Assembly: GCA_963665295.1 (NCBI GenBank)
Contig: OY762209.1
Location: 3,584,001 to 3,648,000, forward strand
Source: Syntrophorhabdaceae bacterium
GTDB lineage: Bacteria; Desulfobacterota; Syntrophorhabdia; Syntrophorhabdales; Syntrophorhabdaceae
Direction: 5' to 3'
DNA: 64,000 bases
The translations under genes and the position numbers were made by a program. Every line of letters begins with the position of its first letter. Within the stretch, counting starts at the first letter, position 1. The notes beneath the pieces were generated by a model, which saw only the letters and a list, made by a program, of their open reading frames with translations, did not search any database and was not told the DNA's origin. Below, piece by piece: positions 46,948 to 56,875 of this stretch.

Positions 46948-47751
46948 TCAGGCAATATCGATTCTTCGGTCGAGATACCCGACCTGTTCTTCATAGTAGG
47001 AATCCCAGTACCCGCCATACCGACTCCTGATGAAACTCGAAAACCTTTCGGCCATTCCCCGTTGTTCGTGCTTATCGGTTAGAATAAAGTAGGCCCTGGG
47101 ACTATATGGCCAATAGCGAAGGGCAAATATCTTGCCGCTTGGGTTGACATGTTCTCTCAATTGGTCAACCCTTGCCCGAATCTGATTCTCATGAGTCCCG
47201 TTTCGGTTGAGGTGGTGATAAATGACTGTGACATCTTTGTCTTTTGTCAATATGGACACTTCTGAGTAATAGGTAAACTTTCCCGCTTTGAGCTGACTTA
47301 TCTTCGAGCATGAAGGTATTTCCAGACCGTTGTCTGGATCAAGAAATATTACGTTGCACCCAGATACCTTCAAGGCGGCCCTCCTCAGCCAGCGCTTTCT
47401 GTTAGCTTCCCTTTCTCCCTTGTCCTTTTCGCGTTGGGAAGGATATTTTAGATGAAAATCGAGCGGTTCAGAAAAATAAACGGTATTCCCGGGAAGTAGT
47501 CCTGCTTTTTCAAGAGCTGTGACGGAGCGATGACCACGCACTATCTCCGACAACTTCTCGCAAAGGTCATCGTCGCAGCACCGAAAGGCACGGTTCGTTG
47601 AATAGTCTACGTGCCGACCATCGTCGTTGTGGGATTCATCAGGGAAGAGGTACCAAATTACCCCTAATCGGTTCTTGGGATCGCTCAGCAAATAACGCAG
47701 GAGCAAGAACTTCCCGAAGTCTCCGACATCCCCGGCATATCTGTTTTGCAT
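46948..47751 (-). CDS. Conserved-looking hypothetical protein with a methyltransferase-like DPDNG motif
   Basis: MQNRYAGDVGDFGKF.LLR, VIWYL..D, VIFLDPDNGLE, VIYHH. Confidence 0.65.
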   Translation of the reverse strand: MQNRYAGDVGDFGKFLLLRYLLSDPKNRLGVIWYLFPDESHNDDGRHVDYSTNRAFRCCDDDLCEKLSEIVRGHRSVTALEKAGLLPGNTVYFSEPLDFHLKYPSQREKDKGEREANRKRWLRRAALKVSGCNVIFLDPDNGLEIPSCSKISQLKAGKFTYYSEVSILTKDKDVTVIYHHLNRNGTHENQIRARVDQLREHVNPSGKIFALRYWPYSPRAYFILTDKHEQRGMAERFSSFIRSRYGGYWDSYYEEQVGYLDRRIDIA

Positions 47752-47807
47752 ATCCTCTTGCCACCTTTATTTTAAATTACCACCAGCCGCAAACACCAAG
47801 CCCTCGT

Positions 47808-49631
47808 TTACTCCACTGTCACGCTCTTTGCCAGGTTCCGGGGCTGGTCTACGTCGGTACCGCGGAAGTTGGCGATGTGGTACGCGAGGAGTTGGAGGGG
47901 CACAATCGCGAGTATGGGCTGCAACTCGTAAATGGTCTCCGGGAATACGAAGGTTGTCTCCACCCTTGACGCCATTTCGTGGTCATCGTCGTCGGTAAAG
48001 AGCAGGGTCTTGCCTCTTCTGGTGATTGCTTCTTCCATGTTGCTGCACGTCTTCTTGTACGTGTGGTCTCTGGGGGAGACGACGACGATAGGCAGATTTT
48101 CATCTATCAGAGCGATAGGTCCGTGCTTCATCTCTCCCGCCGCATACGCCTCGGCGTGGATATAGGATATCTCCTTCAGCTTGAGGGCGCCTTCCAGGAC
48201 CGTGGGATAGTTGATACCTCTCCCCAGGTAGAGGAAATCTTTGTAATTCATGTACTTCCGGGCGAATTCCTCCACTTTGGAAGCCCCGTCGAGAATAGTC
48301 TGTATCTTGTGAGGCACCTTCTTGATCTCTCCGATAAAATCCCTCACTTCATCAGCATTCATGATGCCGAGTTTCCTCCCCACGTGAAGCATGAGGAGAT
48401 AAAGGACGGCAATCTGGGTGGTAAATGCCTTTGTGGAAGCGACGCCGATCTCGGGCCCGGCATGGGTGAATATCACTCCGTCGCACTCCCTCGCAAGGGT
48501 GCTTCCGAGGACGTTGCAGATGCACAACGTGTAAGCTCCGTTCCTTTTGCCTTCCTTCATGGCGGCGATGGTATCCGCTGTCTCTCCCGACTGGGAAATG
48601 AGGATGAGCATGTGGTCTTTGGTGATGATGGGATCCCTGTACCTGAACTCGGACGCGATGTCCGTCTCCACGGGTATCCGGAGGTTTGCTTCAAACATCT
48701 GCTTGCCTATCATACACGCGTGGTACGAGGTGCCGCAGGCGACCATCCATATTTTCGTTATATTGCCGAGATCGGGCAGTTCCAATTCCTCAAAATCGAC
48801 CTCGCCTTTTTCTTCCTTGATTCTGCCGATAAGGGTCTCGGAAATGGCCCGTGGCTGCTCAAAAATTTCCTTGAGCATAAAGTGCCTGTAGCCGCCCTTT
48901 TCGGCCATGGCTCCGCTCCAGTTGACCTCATGGATTTTACGCTCCACGGGCAGACCGTTCGTCGTGGTGAGGGTGAAACCGCCGTTCTTGAAAACGGCCA
49001 TGTCATTATCTTCCATGAATATGAACCGGTTCGTCCGGTTGAGGACAGCGGGCACGTCGCTCGCAATGAAGTACTCGCCGACCCCCACACCTATGACAAG
49101 GGGACTCTCTTTCTTTGCCGCGATCATGGTCCTTTCGCCTTCTCTTATTATGCCAAGGGCATAAGACCCCTTCATCTCACCCAGGGACGCTCTCACGGCT
49201 TCGACAAAGTCGAGACCTTTGTCCAGGTAGCTCGTGATGAGATGGGGAATGACCTCGGTGTCCGTGTCGGAAAGGAACTCGTGACCGGCCTTCTTCAGCT
49301 TCTCTCTCAGCTCCATATAATTTTCCACGATGCCGTTGTGGACCACAACCACGTCGCCTGCGCGATGGGGATGGGCGTTTCTTTCGGAGGGGGTTCCGTG
49401 GGTCGCCCACCGCGTGTGGGCGAGGCCGAGGGACCCTTTGAAGGAGTCCGTGCCGCACACCTCTTTACGCAACTCGTCAACCTTGCCCTTCTTGCGTCCT
49501 ATCTCTATCTTGCCTTCGTGCCATATGGCGATCCCCGCCGAATCATATCCCCTGTATTCAAGTCTTTTCAAAGCGTCAATGAGCATATCGCATGCTTCTT
49601 CGCTACCCTTGTAGCCGACTATCCCGCACAT
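47808..49631 (-). CDS. glmS: Glutamine--fructose-6-phosphate aminotransferase
   Basis: MCGIVG, LEYRGYDSAG, HTRWATHG, SQSGETADT, GVASTKAFT, PRNLAKSVTVE. Confidence 0.99.
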   Translation of the reverse strand: MCGIVGYKGSEEACDMLIDALKRLEYRGYDSAGIAIWHEGKIEIGRKKGKVDELRKEVCGTDSFKGSLGLAHTRWATHGTPSERNAHPHRAGDVVVVHNGIVENYMELREKLKKAGHEFLSDTDTEVIPHLITSYLDKGLDFVEAVRASLGEMKGSYALGIIREGERTMIAAKKESPLVIGVGVGEYFIASDVPAVLNRTNRFIFMEDNDMAVFKNGGFTLTTTNGLPVERKIHEVNWSGAMAEKGGYRHFMLKEIFEQPRAISETLIGRIKEEKGEVDFEELELPDLGNITKIWMVACGTSYHACMIGKQMFEANLRIPVETDIASEFRYRDPIITKDHMLILISQSGETADTIAAMKEGKRNGAYTLCICNVLGSTLARECDGVIFTHAGPEIGVASTKAFTTQIAVLYLLMLHVGRKLGIMNADEVRDFIGEIKKVPHKIQTILDGASKVEEFARKYMNYKDFLYLGRGINYPTVLEGALKLKEISYIHAEAYAAGEMKHGPIALIDENLPIVVVSPRDHTYKKTCSNMEEAITRRGKTLLFTDDDDHEMASRVETTFVFPETIYELQPILAIVPLQLLAYHIANFRGTDVDQPRNLAKSVTVE

Positions 49632-50983
49632 TATTTTTTCCTCCGTCCGTACCCATCTATATGTTTCTGGGGAGCCCGAGTGACTGCCAGGGCGTTCTCG
49701 GGAACATCCTTGGTAATGGTCGAACCTGCGCCGATGACCGCGTTCCTGCCTATCTTCAGGGGAGCCACGAGCGCTGCGTTGCTGCCTATGAATACATTGT
49801 CTTCCATAACCGTCCTGTGTTTCTTCTTCCCGTCATAATTACAAGTTATTGTGCCTGCCCCTATGTTAACGGCCCGGCCTATCTCGGAGTCACCGATATA
49901 GGCGAGGTGGTTTGCCTTGGTGCCCTCGTCCAGGGTTGAGTTTTTCACCTCGACGAAGTTTCCTATATGCACATTCTTCCCGATCGAGGTGGTTGGTCTC
50001 AGGCGGGAGAAGGGTCCTACCTTCGCCCCCTCCTCTATTACAGCCCCGTCTATGCTCACAAAACCTTCAACCTCGACGTTGTCCTTGAGGGTGGACTCTT
50101 TTATCACGGAATTCGGGCCGATGGTAACGTTTTCTCCTATTGTGGTGTTTCCATAGATATGACAGTTCGGGGAGACCACCGTGTCCCTTCCTATGGTGAC
50201 GCGGGCGTCGATGTAGACGCTGCGGTCCAGAAATGTGACCCCTTTTGCGAGAAGGCCGTCCAATATGCGATCCTTCATGGCTATGTTGGCTTCCATCAGT
50301 TCTTTCCGGGTGTTTATGCCGAGTACCTCGGAGGCCTCTCCGTGATGATAGACGCCCACGCTTTTACCCTGTTTTTCCGCGACGGTGCATATGTCGGTGA
50401 GATAATATTCATTCTTTCTGTTGTCGGGGGTGATGGCCTTCAGGAATTCGAAGGCTGTTCGGGGAATGATGCAGATTCCCGTGTTAATTGTCCGGATCAG
50501 CCGCTCGTCGTCCGTGGCGTCTTTCTCTTCCACGATCCGCCGTATCCGTTCACCCTCTATGACTACGCGGCCGTAACCCGTGGGATTGGCCACATCCGTA
50601 ACCATGAATGTGATATCGCCGCTTTTCTCGAAGGAGTCGAGAAAAGATTTGAGTGTGTCGGTCCGGATAAGGGGCACGTCGCCGTAGAGAACGAGGACAG
50701 GGCCGTCTTTGAGCAGGCCTTCCGTGGTGAGGAGGGCGTGGGCGGTGCCCTTCTGTTCGGCCTGGAGTGCGAAGCGGACGTTGCGGTCCTTAAGATGCTC
50801 CTCTATCTGTTCCTTCGCGTGTCCCACAACCACTATGATATTTTCAGGGGAAAGTTCCCCGGCCCTTTCGACTACGTGGCCGATCATGGTGGTTCCCATG
50901 ATCTTATGCATGACCTTGGCCTTAGCGGATACCATCCTCTCGCCTTTACCTGCGGCGAGTATTACTATGTTAAGCCCCTTCAT
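49631..50983 (-). CDS. glmU: Bifunctional UDP-GlcNAc pyrophosphorylase / glucosamine-1-phosphate acetyltransferase
   Basis: ILAAGKGERM.S, Q.EQKGTAHA, PTGYGR, EYYLTD, GNFVEVK, GAGTITCNYDG, hexapeptide repeats. Confidence 0.98.
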   Translation of the reverse strand: MKGLNIVILAAGKGERMVSAKAKVMHKIMGTTMIGHVVERAGELSPENIIVVVGHAKEQIEEHLKDRNVRFALQAEQKGTAHALLTTEGLLKDGPVLVLYGDVPLIRTDTLKSFLDSFEKSGDITFMVTDVANPTGYGRVVIEGERIRRIVEEKDATDDERLIRTINTGICIIPRTAFEFLKAITPDNRKNEYYLTDICTVAEKQGKSVGVYHHGEASEVLGINTRKELMEANIAMKDRILDGLLAKGVTFLDRSVYIDARVTIGRDTVVSPNCHIYGNTTIGENVTIGPNSVIKESTLKDNVEVEGFVSIDGAVIEEGAKVGPFSRLRPTTSIGKNVHIGNFVEVKNSTLDEGTKANHLAYIGDSEIGRAVNIGAGTITCNYDGKKKHRTVMEDNVFIGSNAALVAPLKIGRNAVIGAGSTITKDVPENALAVTRAPQKHIDGYGRRKK

Positions 50984-51710
50984 TGCGTATTTCCTCCTTC
51001 TTTCCAAAAATTCGAGTGATGACGATGCTGATTTCGTAGAGCCCCCAAAGCGGTATTACCATGAGCAGTTGGCTCGCCAGGTCCGGCGGCGTAATGATGG
51101 CGCTCAGGATAAATATGCCAAGTATCGCGTACCTTCTCTTGGATGAAAGCATCTTCGCATTGATGATACGCGCCTTGGTAAGGTAAAAGGCCACGAGGGG
51201 CAATTCGAAGATCAGGCCGAAGACAAGGAGGAGCTTGAGGGTAAGGTTCATGTAGTTCTTCAGGTCAGGCATGGGGATAATGAAATCCGCGGCATAACTG
51301 ACGAAAAATCGATAAGTAACGGGCATAACGATGAAGTAGCAGAAAATGGCGCCCGCGAGGAAGCACAAGCTGCCGAAGATGATGAAGGGATAGACGAATT
51401 TCTTTTCCTTTTCATAGAGCCCCGGCGCAATGAACATCCAGAATTCATACAAGATGACGGGCGCCCCCGCAAAGAGCGCCATAACGAAGGATATCTTGAA
51501 ATAGGTGATGAAGGCTTCCGTGATACCCGTAAAAATAAAAGAGCTTTTGGCAGGCATCACCTTTATGAAAGGCTGCATCAGGATGGCGAACACCTTTTCT
51601 TTGAAGTAATAAGTAAAGACAAAGGCAATAGCAATGGCGACGATGCAGACGAGAAGCCTATCCCTCAGTTCCTTCAGATGGGAAGTAAATGGAAGTTTGT
51701 CGTCGGTCAT
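50970..51710 (-). CDS. tatC: Twin-arginine translocase subunit TatC
   Basis: HLKELRDRL, W.FIAPGLY.KEK, FGLIFELP, ITPPD..SQ. Confidence 0.97.
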   Translation of the reverse strand: MTDDKLPFTSHLKELRDRLLVCIVAIAIAFVFTYYFKEKVFAILMQPFIKVMPAKSSFIFTGITEAFITYFKISFVMALFAGAPVILYEFWMFIAPGLYEKEKKFVYPFIIFGSLCFLAGAIFCYFIVMPVTYRFFVSYAADFIIPMPDLKNYMNLTLKLLLVFGLIFELPLVAFYLTKARIINAKMLSSKRRYAILGIFILSAIITPPDLASQLLMVIPLWGLYEISIVITRIFGKKEEIRNEGA

Positions 51711-51994
51711 GCGCCCTTTTTCTCATCTTTTCCGCCCTGTTCTGATGGTTCGTCTTTCTTTGTTTCCGTAACAGTGGGAACATGGCTTTCCGCTATTTCC
51801 TCGGGTTTCTTCGTCACCGGTTCTTCCTGGATAACCTCTTCGTCGAAGGTCTCCTTCACCTCGTCTGCCATCCTCTTGAAGTCATTGAAGGCTTTCCCGA
51901 GGGACCGGGCAAGTTCGGGCAGCTTCGAAGGGCCCACAACGAGAAGGGCCACTATCAATATAATGATTATTTCGGGGAGTCCCAATCCAAACAT
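51707..51994 (-). CDS. tatB: Twin-arginine translocase TatA/TatB-family subunit (TatB-like)
   Basis: MFGLGLPE....ALLVVGPSKLPELARSLGK; directly upstream of tatC. Confidence 0.8.
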   Translation of the reverse strand: MFGLGLPEIIIILIVALLVVGPSKLPELARSLGKAFNDFKRMADEVKETFDEEVIQEEPVTKKPEEIAESHVPTVTETKKDEPSEQGGKDEKKGA

Positions 51995-52101
51995 GATGAT
52001 AAATTATCATAAAAAGATGGAGATATAAATGGCAATCAAAATAAACGGGTGGAGGGCATCCATATTTTTGCAGGAAAGGGAGATTTTTTTTACTCCCCCT
52101 C

Positions 52102-52154
52102 TTGACAATAATTATTATCACCTTAAATTGAATATAAGTTAATAATAATTCTAA
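52102..52154 (+). promoter_or_regulatory. perR-operon promoter with two Per/Fur-box-like sites
   Basis: TTGACA at 52102; CAATAATTATTATCA (52106-52120) and TAATAATAATTCTAA (52140-52154) resemble TTATAATNATTATAA. Confidence 0.65.
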
Positions 52155-52166
52155 GTAGAGGCGTTT

Positions 52167-52571
52167 ATGAGTTTAGGCAGTAACGATGAATTGAAGCTTA
52201 CCCCCCAGAGGCTCGCAATTCTGAAATACCTCGATAATAACAAGGAGCACCCGTCAGCGGCGGATATACATAAAGCCATGTCACGAAATTTCCCCACCAT
52301 GTCGCTCGCGACGGTCTACAACACACTTAAGGTGCTGAAACGGTTAAAGAATATACAGGAGCTTTCCATAGATTCCGATAAGAGGAGGTTTGACCCCGAT
52401 ACGGGAGATCATAACCACCTTATCTGTATAAAGTGTAAAAAGATCGTGGACGTGAAGCATGAGTTCAGGCTCGATATTCCCGACGCCGAAAAGCAGGAGT
52501 TCGAGATCATAGGTAACCATGTGGATTTTTACGGTGTATGTCCGGAATGCCGTAATCGGAAGAAGACCTGA
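52167..52571 (+). CDS. perR: Fur-family regulator, PerR-like
   Basis: LTPQR.AIL, HPSA, SLATVYNTL, RFD....HNHLIC..C, G.CPEC; heads oxidative-stress genes. Confidence 0.85.
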   Translation: MSLGSNDELKLTPQRLAILKYLDNNKEHPSAADIHKAMSRNFPTMSLATVYNTLKVLKRLKNIQELSIDSDKRRFDPDTGDHNHLICIKCKKIVDVKHEFRLDIPDAEKQEFEIIGNHVDFYGVCPECRNRKKT

Positions 52572-52673
52572 GACAGTCGTGCGTGAGGACGGGCCCGGCC
52601 CATGAGGAGCAGGGCGGTCCCCGGCACAGGGCGGTTTTAGCATATTTTACTTTTAAAATGGGCGAGGAGGCGA

Positions 52674-54014
52674 ATGATGGATGTTCTGTTGCTCTCACGA
52701 TTGCAGTTCGCGGTGGCCACTTATTTTCACTTCTTGTTCGTCCCTCTCACCTTGGGACTGTCCATACTGCTCGCGGTTATGGAGGTCACCTATGTGAGGA
52801 CCGGGGACCCCGTGTACAAGGCAATGACGAAGTTCTGGGGCAGGCTATTCCTGATCAACTTTGTCATAGGAGTGGCGACGGGGATAACCCTTGAATTTCA
52901 GTTCGGCACCAACTGGTCGAGGTACTCACGGTATGTGGGGGATATATTCGGTCCCCTTCTGGCTGTGGAGGCCACAGTGGCCTTTTTTCTTGAATCGACG
53001 TTTATCGCGGTGTGGGCCTTCGGTTGGAGGCGCCTGTCTCCACGGGTTCATGCGTTGAGTATCTGTCTCGTGGCGATTGCCGCCAATATTTCGGCCTTCT
53101 GGATACTGATCGCCAATTCATGGATGCAAAGCCCCGTCGGATTTGTGATGAAGAACGGGAGACCGGTGCTGAACGACCTGATTGCCGTCATCAGCCAGGG
53201 GTATGCCTGGCTCACGATCATGCACACCCTTGGCGCCGCCTATATCCTCGCAGGGTTCTTCGTGATGGGCATAAGCGCGTACCACATACTTCACAAAAGG
53301 GACCTTGCCTTCTTCCTCAAGTCCTTCAGGATTGCCCTCGTCTTTGCCCTTGTCTTCTCCATCTTTGAGGTGGTGGAGGGGCATATGCACGGTGCGAATC
53401 TCGCGTACAAACAGCCTGCAAAACTCGCTTCCCTGGAGTCTCACTGGACAACCGGGCCCAACGCGCCCCTCTATCTCTTTCTCATTCCGGACCCCGACAA
53501 AGATCGGAACCTGGTGGAGATCGGAGCGATCCCCGGCGGGCTAAGCATCCTGGCGCACCATACACCCTCTGCCGTGGTAAAAGGGCTCAAAGACATCCCG
53601 AAGGATGAGCGACCTCCTGTGACGGCAACCTTTCTTTCGTTTCGTCTCATGGTAGCGCTCGGAATGGTCTTTCTCCTTCTCACCATTATCGGGTGGTTCC
53701 GGAGGAAGAAACTGGAAGAAAGCGGCCCGTTTCTCAAGGTAATGCTCTATGCGATACCCCTTCCATATATTGCGTGCGGCCTGGGATGGACCGTCACCGA
53801 GGTGGGACGTCAGCCATGGATCGTGTACGGGCTTATGAAAACAGCCGACGCAGTCTCGCCCGTGTCGGCCGGCCAGGTTGCGGTCTCCCTCGTCGCATTC
53901 ACGGTGGTTTATTCGCTCCTTGGTGTAACCGCCTTCTATCTCATATCAAAATACGCCCGGAGAGGCCCCGGGGCTTTGCTCAACGCCGCTACGGAAGGAA
54001 GGAGGGTTGACTGA
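52674..54014 (+). CDS. cydA: Cytochrome bd oxidase subunit I
   Basis: LSRLQFA...HFLFVPLT.GL, EFQFGTNWS, FFLESTF, ANSWMQ.P, QPAKLA, GW..TE.GRQPW. Confidence 0.97.
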   Translation: MMDVLLLSRLQFAVATYFHFLFVPLTLGLSILLAVMEVTYVRTGDPVYKAMTKFWGRLFLINFVIGVATGITLEFQFGTNWSRYSRYVGDIFGPLLAVEATVAFFLESTFIAVWAFGWRRLSPRVHALSICLVAIAANISAFWILIANSWMQSPVGFVMKNGRPVLNDLIAVISQGYAWLTIMHTLGAAYILAGFFVMGISAYHILHKRDLAFFLKSFRIALVFALVFSIFEVVEGHMHGANLAYKQPAKLASLESHWTTGPNAPLYLFLIPDPDKDRNLVEIGAIPGGLSILAHHTPSAVVKGLKDIPKDERPPVTATFLSFRLMVALGMVFLLLTIIGWFRRKKLEESGPFLKVMLYAIPLPYIACGLGWTVTEVGRQPWIVYGLMKTADAVSPVSAGQVAVSLVAFTVVYSLLGVTAFYLISKYARRGPGALLNAATEGRRVD

Positions 54015-55039
54015 TGCTTGAGACTATATGGTTCGTTCTCTGGGGGTTGTTGTGGGCCATTTATTTCATGCTCGACGGTTTTGACCTCGGAGTAGGCATG
54101 CTCATGCCCTTTGCCGCGAGGACCGAGGCGGAGAAGCGTCTCGTCTATCATTCCATCGGACCCTTCTGGGACGGGAACGAAGTATGGCTTATCACCGCGG
54201 GCGGGGTAACCTTTGCCGCGTTCCCGGGGGCCTACGCTGTTCTGTTCAGTTCGTTTTATTCGCCCCTCATGCTCGTTCTCTTCGGTCTTATTTTGCGGGC
54301 CGTTTCTCTTGAGTTAAGGGGTAAGGTGGAAACGGACGGGGCCCGTAAGCTCTGGGATACCTGCCTTGCTATCGGCAGTTTTGTTCCGGCCCTGCTCCTG
54401 GGTGTTGCTTTCGCGAACATATTCGAGGGCATCCCCATAGATGGAGAGGGTCTGTTTCACGGGACCATATTCACCCTCCTCAATCCATACGGCCTGATGG
54501 GAGGGGTACTCTATCTTGCCCTGTTCCTCATGCATGGCTCGCTCTGGCTCAACCTGAAGCTGGAGGGCGATATTCAGGCCCGGACCATGGGGATGTCACG
54601 GAGGTTGTGGCCCGTGGTGGTGCTCTTCGCGGTGGTCTTTCTGGTGCTCACTGCGGTCCGGACAAAATTGTTTGCAATCTATGCCGCGAACCCGGTTCTG
54701 TTCCTGATCCTTTTAGGCACTCTCTGCGCCTTGTTCCTTACGCGGTTCTATATAGGTAAGTCCGCCTGGCTGAAAGCGTGGTGGACTCATGGGCTGACGA
54801 TAGTAGGGACCACGCTCTTCGGGGTGGTGGGACTCTACCCGAACCTGCTCCCGTCGAGCCTCAATGAAGCCTTCAACGTCACCATATATAATGCGGCATC
54901 GAGTCCGTTGACTCTCAAGATTATGCTCGTGGTAGCCTTGATCTTCGTGCCTGTCGTGCTCCTCTATCAGGGGTGGGTATACAGGGTATTCGGGGGAAAG
55001 GCGAAAGACGATAGTCTTGATTACGAAGACGGATATTAA
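54014..55039 (+). CDS. cydB: Cytochrome bd oxidase subunit II
   Basis: LDGFDLGVG, IGPFWDGNEVWL, FAAFP, ASS..TL..M. Confidence 0.97.
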   Translation: MLETIWFVLWGLLWAIYFMLDGFDLGVGMLMPFAARTEAEKRLVYHSIGPFWDGNEVWLITAGGVTFAAFPGAYAVLFSSFYSPLMLVLFGLILRAVSLELRGKVETDGARKLWDTCLAIGSFVPALLLGVAFANIFEGIPIDGEGLFHGTIFTLLNPYGLMGGVLYLALFLMHGSLWLNLKLEGDIQARTMGMSRRLWPVVVLFAVVFLVLTAVRTKLFAIYAANPVLFLILLGTLCALFLTRFYIGKSAWLKAWWTHGLTIVGTTLFGVVGLYPNLLPSSLNEAFNVTIYNAASSPLTLKIMLVVALIFVPVVLLYQGWVYRVFGGKAKDDSLDYEDGY

Positions 55040-55082
55040 GTCATGAAGTATAGAAACTAACTAACTACAGGAGGAGACACGT

Positions 55083-55457
55083 ATGGCTGAAAGACTGGAA
55101 GTGTACAAATGTGAGATTTGCGGACATATTATCGAGGTGCTTCACGGCGGGGTGGGACAGCTTGTGTGCTGCAACCAGCCGATGACGTTGATGAAAGAAA
55201 ATACGGTCGACGCGTCATTGGAAAAACACGTGCCCGTGATCGAAACCACGCCTGACGGCATCAGGGTCAAGGTGGGGGCCGTAGCCCATCCCATGGAGGA
55301 AAAACACTACATCGAGTGGGTCGAGATTATCGCGGATGGGAAGGCGTATCGTCAATTCCTGTCTCCCGGCGGCAACCCGGAAGCATTCTTTCCGGTGAAA
55401 GCGGAGAATGTCACCGCGAGAGAATACTGCAATCTCCACGGGCTATGGAAGTCGTGA
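55083..55457 (+). CDS. dfx: Desulfoferrodoxin (superoxide reductase)
   Basis: YKCEICG..CC desulforedoxin domain; [20 protein letters not shown]. Confidence 0.96.
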   Translation: MAERLEVYKCEICGHIIEVLHGGVGQLVCCNQPMTLMKENTVDASLEKHVPVIETTPDGIRVKVGAVAHPMEEKHYIEWVEIIADGKAYRQFLSPGGNPEAFFPVKAENVTAREYCNLHGLWKS

Positions 55458-55543
55458 GAGAAGAGGCGGCTATAGAGTAAAGGGCCTGCCGGTGTCGGCT
55501 GTAGGGCCGATTAAGGGCGAATTTTATCCATAAGGAGGGACAT

Positions 55544-56119
55544 GTGAAGGGATTGAAGGGCACAAAAACAGAACAGAATCTCCTGGCAAGTTTTGCAGGG
55601 GAATCGCAGGCGAGGAACAGATACACCTATTTTGCCTCGGAGGCAAAGAAGGCCGGCTATGAGCAGATATCCTGGATCTTTCAGGACACGGCGGATAACG
55701 AGAAAGAGCATGCGAAAAGGTTTTTCAAGTTCCTCGAAGGAGGGATGGTGGAGATAACCGCCTCGTACCCCGCCGGTACAATAGGCACGACCCTTGAGAA
55801 CCTCAAAGAGGCGGCGGACGGTGAGAATCTCGAATATACCACCCTCTATCCTGAATTTGCCAGGGTAGCGGACGAGGAAGGGTTTCCGGAGATCGCAGAG
55901 GTGTTCAGGGAAGTGTCCAAGGTGGAGGCCGGCCACGAAAAGAGGTACCTCACCCTCATGAGTAACATAGAGAACGGGAGAGTCTTCAAGAGGGATAAGC
56001 CTGTGAAGTGGCGGTGCAGAAATTGCGGGTACGTGTCGGAAGGGCCGGAGGCGCCCGACGAATGTCCTGCCTGCGCACATCCCCAGGCGTACCAGGAGTT
56101 ACTTGCTGAGAACTATTGA
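55544..56119 (+). CDS. rbr: Rubrerythrin
   Basis: FAGESQARNRY, NEKEHA, E..HE.RY, C-terminal CRNCGY..CPACAHP; AAGGAGG RBS with GTG start. Confidence 0.96.
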   Translation: MKGLKGTKTEQNLLASFAGESQARNRYTYFASEAKKAGYEQISWIFQDTADNEKEHAKRFFKFLEGGMVEITASYPAGTIGTTLENLKEAADGENLEYTTLYPEFARVADEEGFPEIAEVFREVSKVEAGHEKRYLTLMSNIENGRVFKRDKPVKWRCRNCGYVSEGPEAPDECPACAHPQAYQELLAENY

Positions 56120-56146
56120 TCCGCCATAGGGCGGCATAGAATTTGT

Positions 56147-56190
56147 ACGAAGGCCCAGGGTCCGCCACGTCGGCTGCCATGGGCCTTCGT
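56147..56190 (+). terminator. Hairpin after rbr, possible terminator
   Basis: 11-bp IR ACGAAGGCCCA / TGGGCCTTCGT. Confidence 0.4.
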
Positions 56191-56254
56191 CCTACACGAG
56201 AAATACGTCTTTTTCCTTGACACCGCTCTTTCCCATCTGTTAGGTTTTGTGCTT

Positions 56255-56872
56255 ATGGACCGGCAAGAAATCCGGAAAATCTACAGTCGGTACGCGGCTG
56301 TCTACGATGTGATTTTTGCAAAGTGGTTCTTTCCCAGAATCAAGCTCGGTCTGGAAAAGATAGGTATAAAGGCGGGAGACAGAATTATCGAGGTGGGAGT
56401 AGGGACGGGTTTGTCTCTGTCTCTTTATCCGCCGTCCTGTAAAGTGATGGCAATCGATATCACAAGGGAAATGCTGAAGAAGGCGAAGCAGAAGAAAGAG
56501 AAATACGGCTTCGATCACGTCTCTCTCTTTGAGATGGACGCCGAAACCATAGGCTTTGCCGATGACAGTTTCGACCACGCCGTGTTGCCTTTCGTGGTGA
56601 GCGTGGTGTCCAACCCGGTCAAAATGATGTCGGAGGTCAAAAGGATAACGAAGAATAACGGTACGATCATCGTCGTAAACCACTTCAGCAGCGGGAACGC
56701 AATACTGGCGGGACTGGAAAAGCTCTTTTCCCCCTTATTCCTGCAACTGGGGTGGAAGGCTGCGGTGCCCTTGGAATTACTGGCCAATCACTGTGGTCTT
56801 CATATCGAGGAGATCTCAAAGAAACACAAATTCGATCTTTGGTCTGTCCTATACGCCACAAACAAGAAATAA
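56255..56872 (+). CDS. Class I SAM-dependent methyltransferase, PmtA (phospholipid N-methyltransferase)-like
   Basis: YSRYAAVYD..F, IEVGVGTGLSL, MDAE...F.DDSFD, V.SVV..P, IVVNHF. Confidence 0.8.
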   Translation: MDRQEIRKIYSRYAAVYDVIFAKWFFPRIKLGLEKIGIKAGDRIIEVGVGTGLSLSLYPPSCKVMAIDITREMLKKAKQKKEKYGFDHVSLFEMDAETIGFADDSFDHAVLPFVVSVVSNPVKMMSEVKRITKNNGTIIVVNHFSSGNAILAGLEKLFSPLFLQLGWKAAVPLELLANHCGLHIEEISKKHKFDLWSVLYATNKK

Positions 56873-56875
56873 CTC

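Noticed and set aside
49632..49700. glmS ribozyme
   Set aside because: glmS start overlaps the glmU stop, leaving no 5' UTR
47979..51019. Long plus-strand ORFs opposite glmS and glmU
   Set aside because: Antisense shadows of well-supported housekeeping genes
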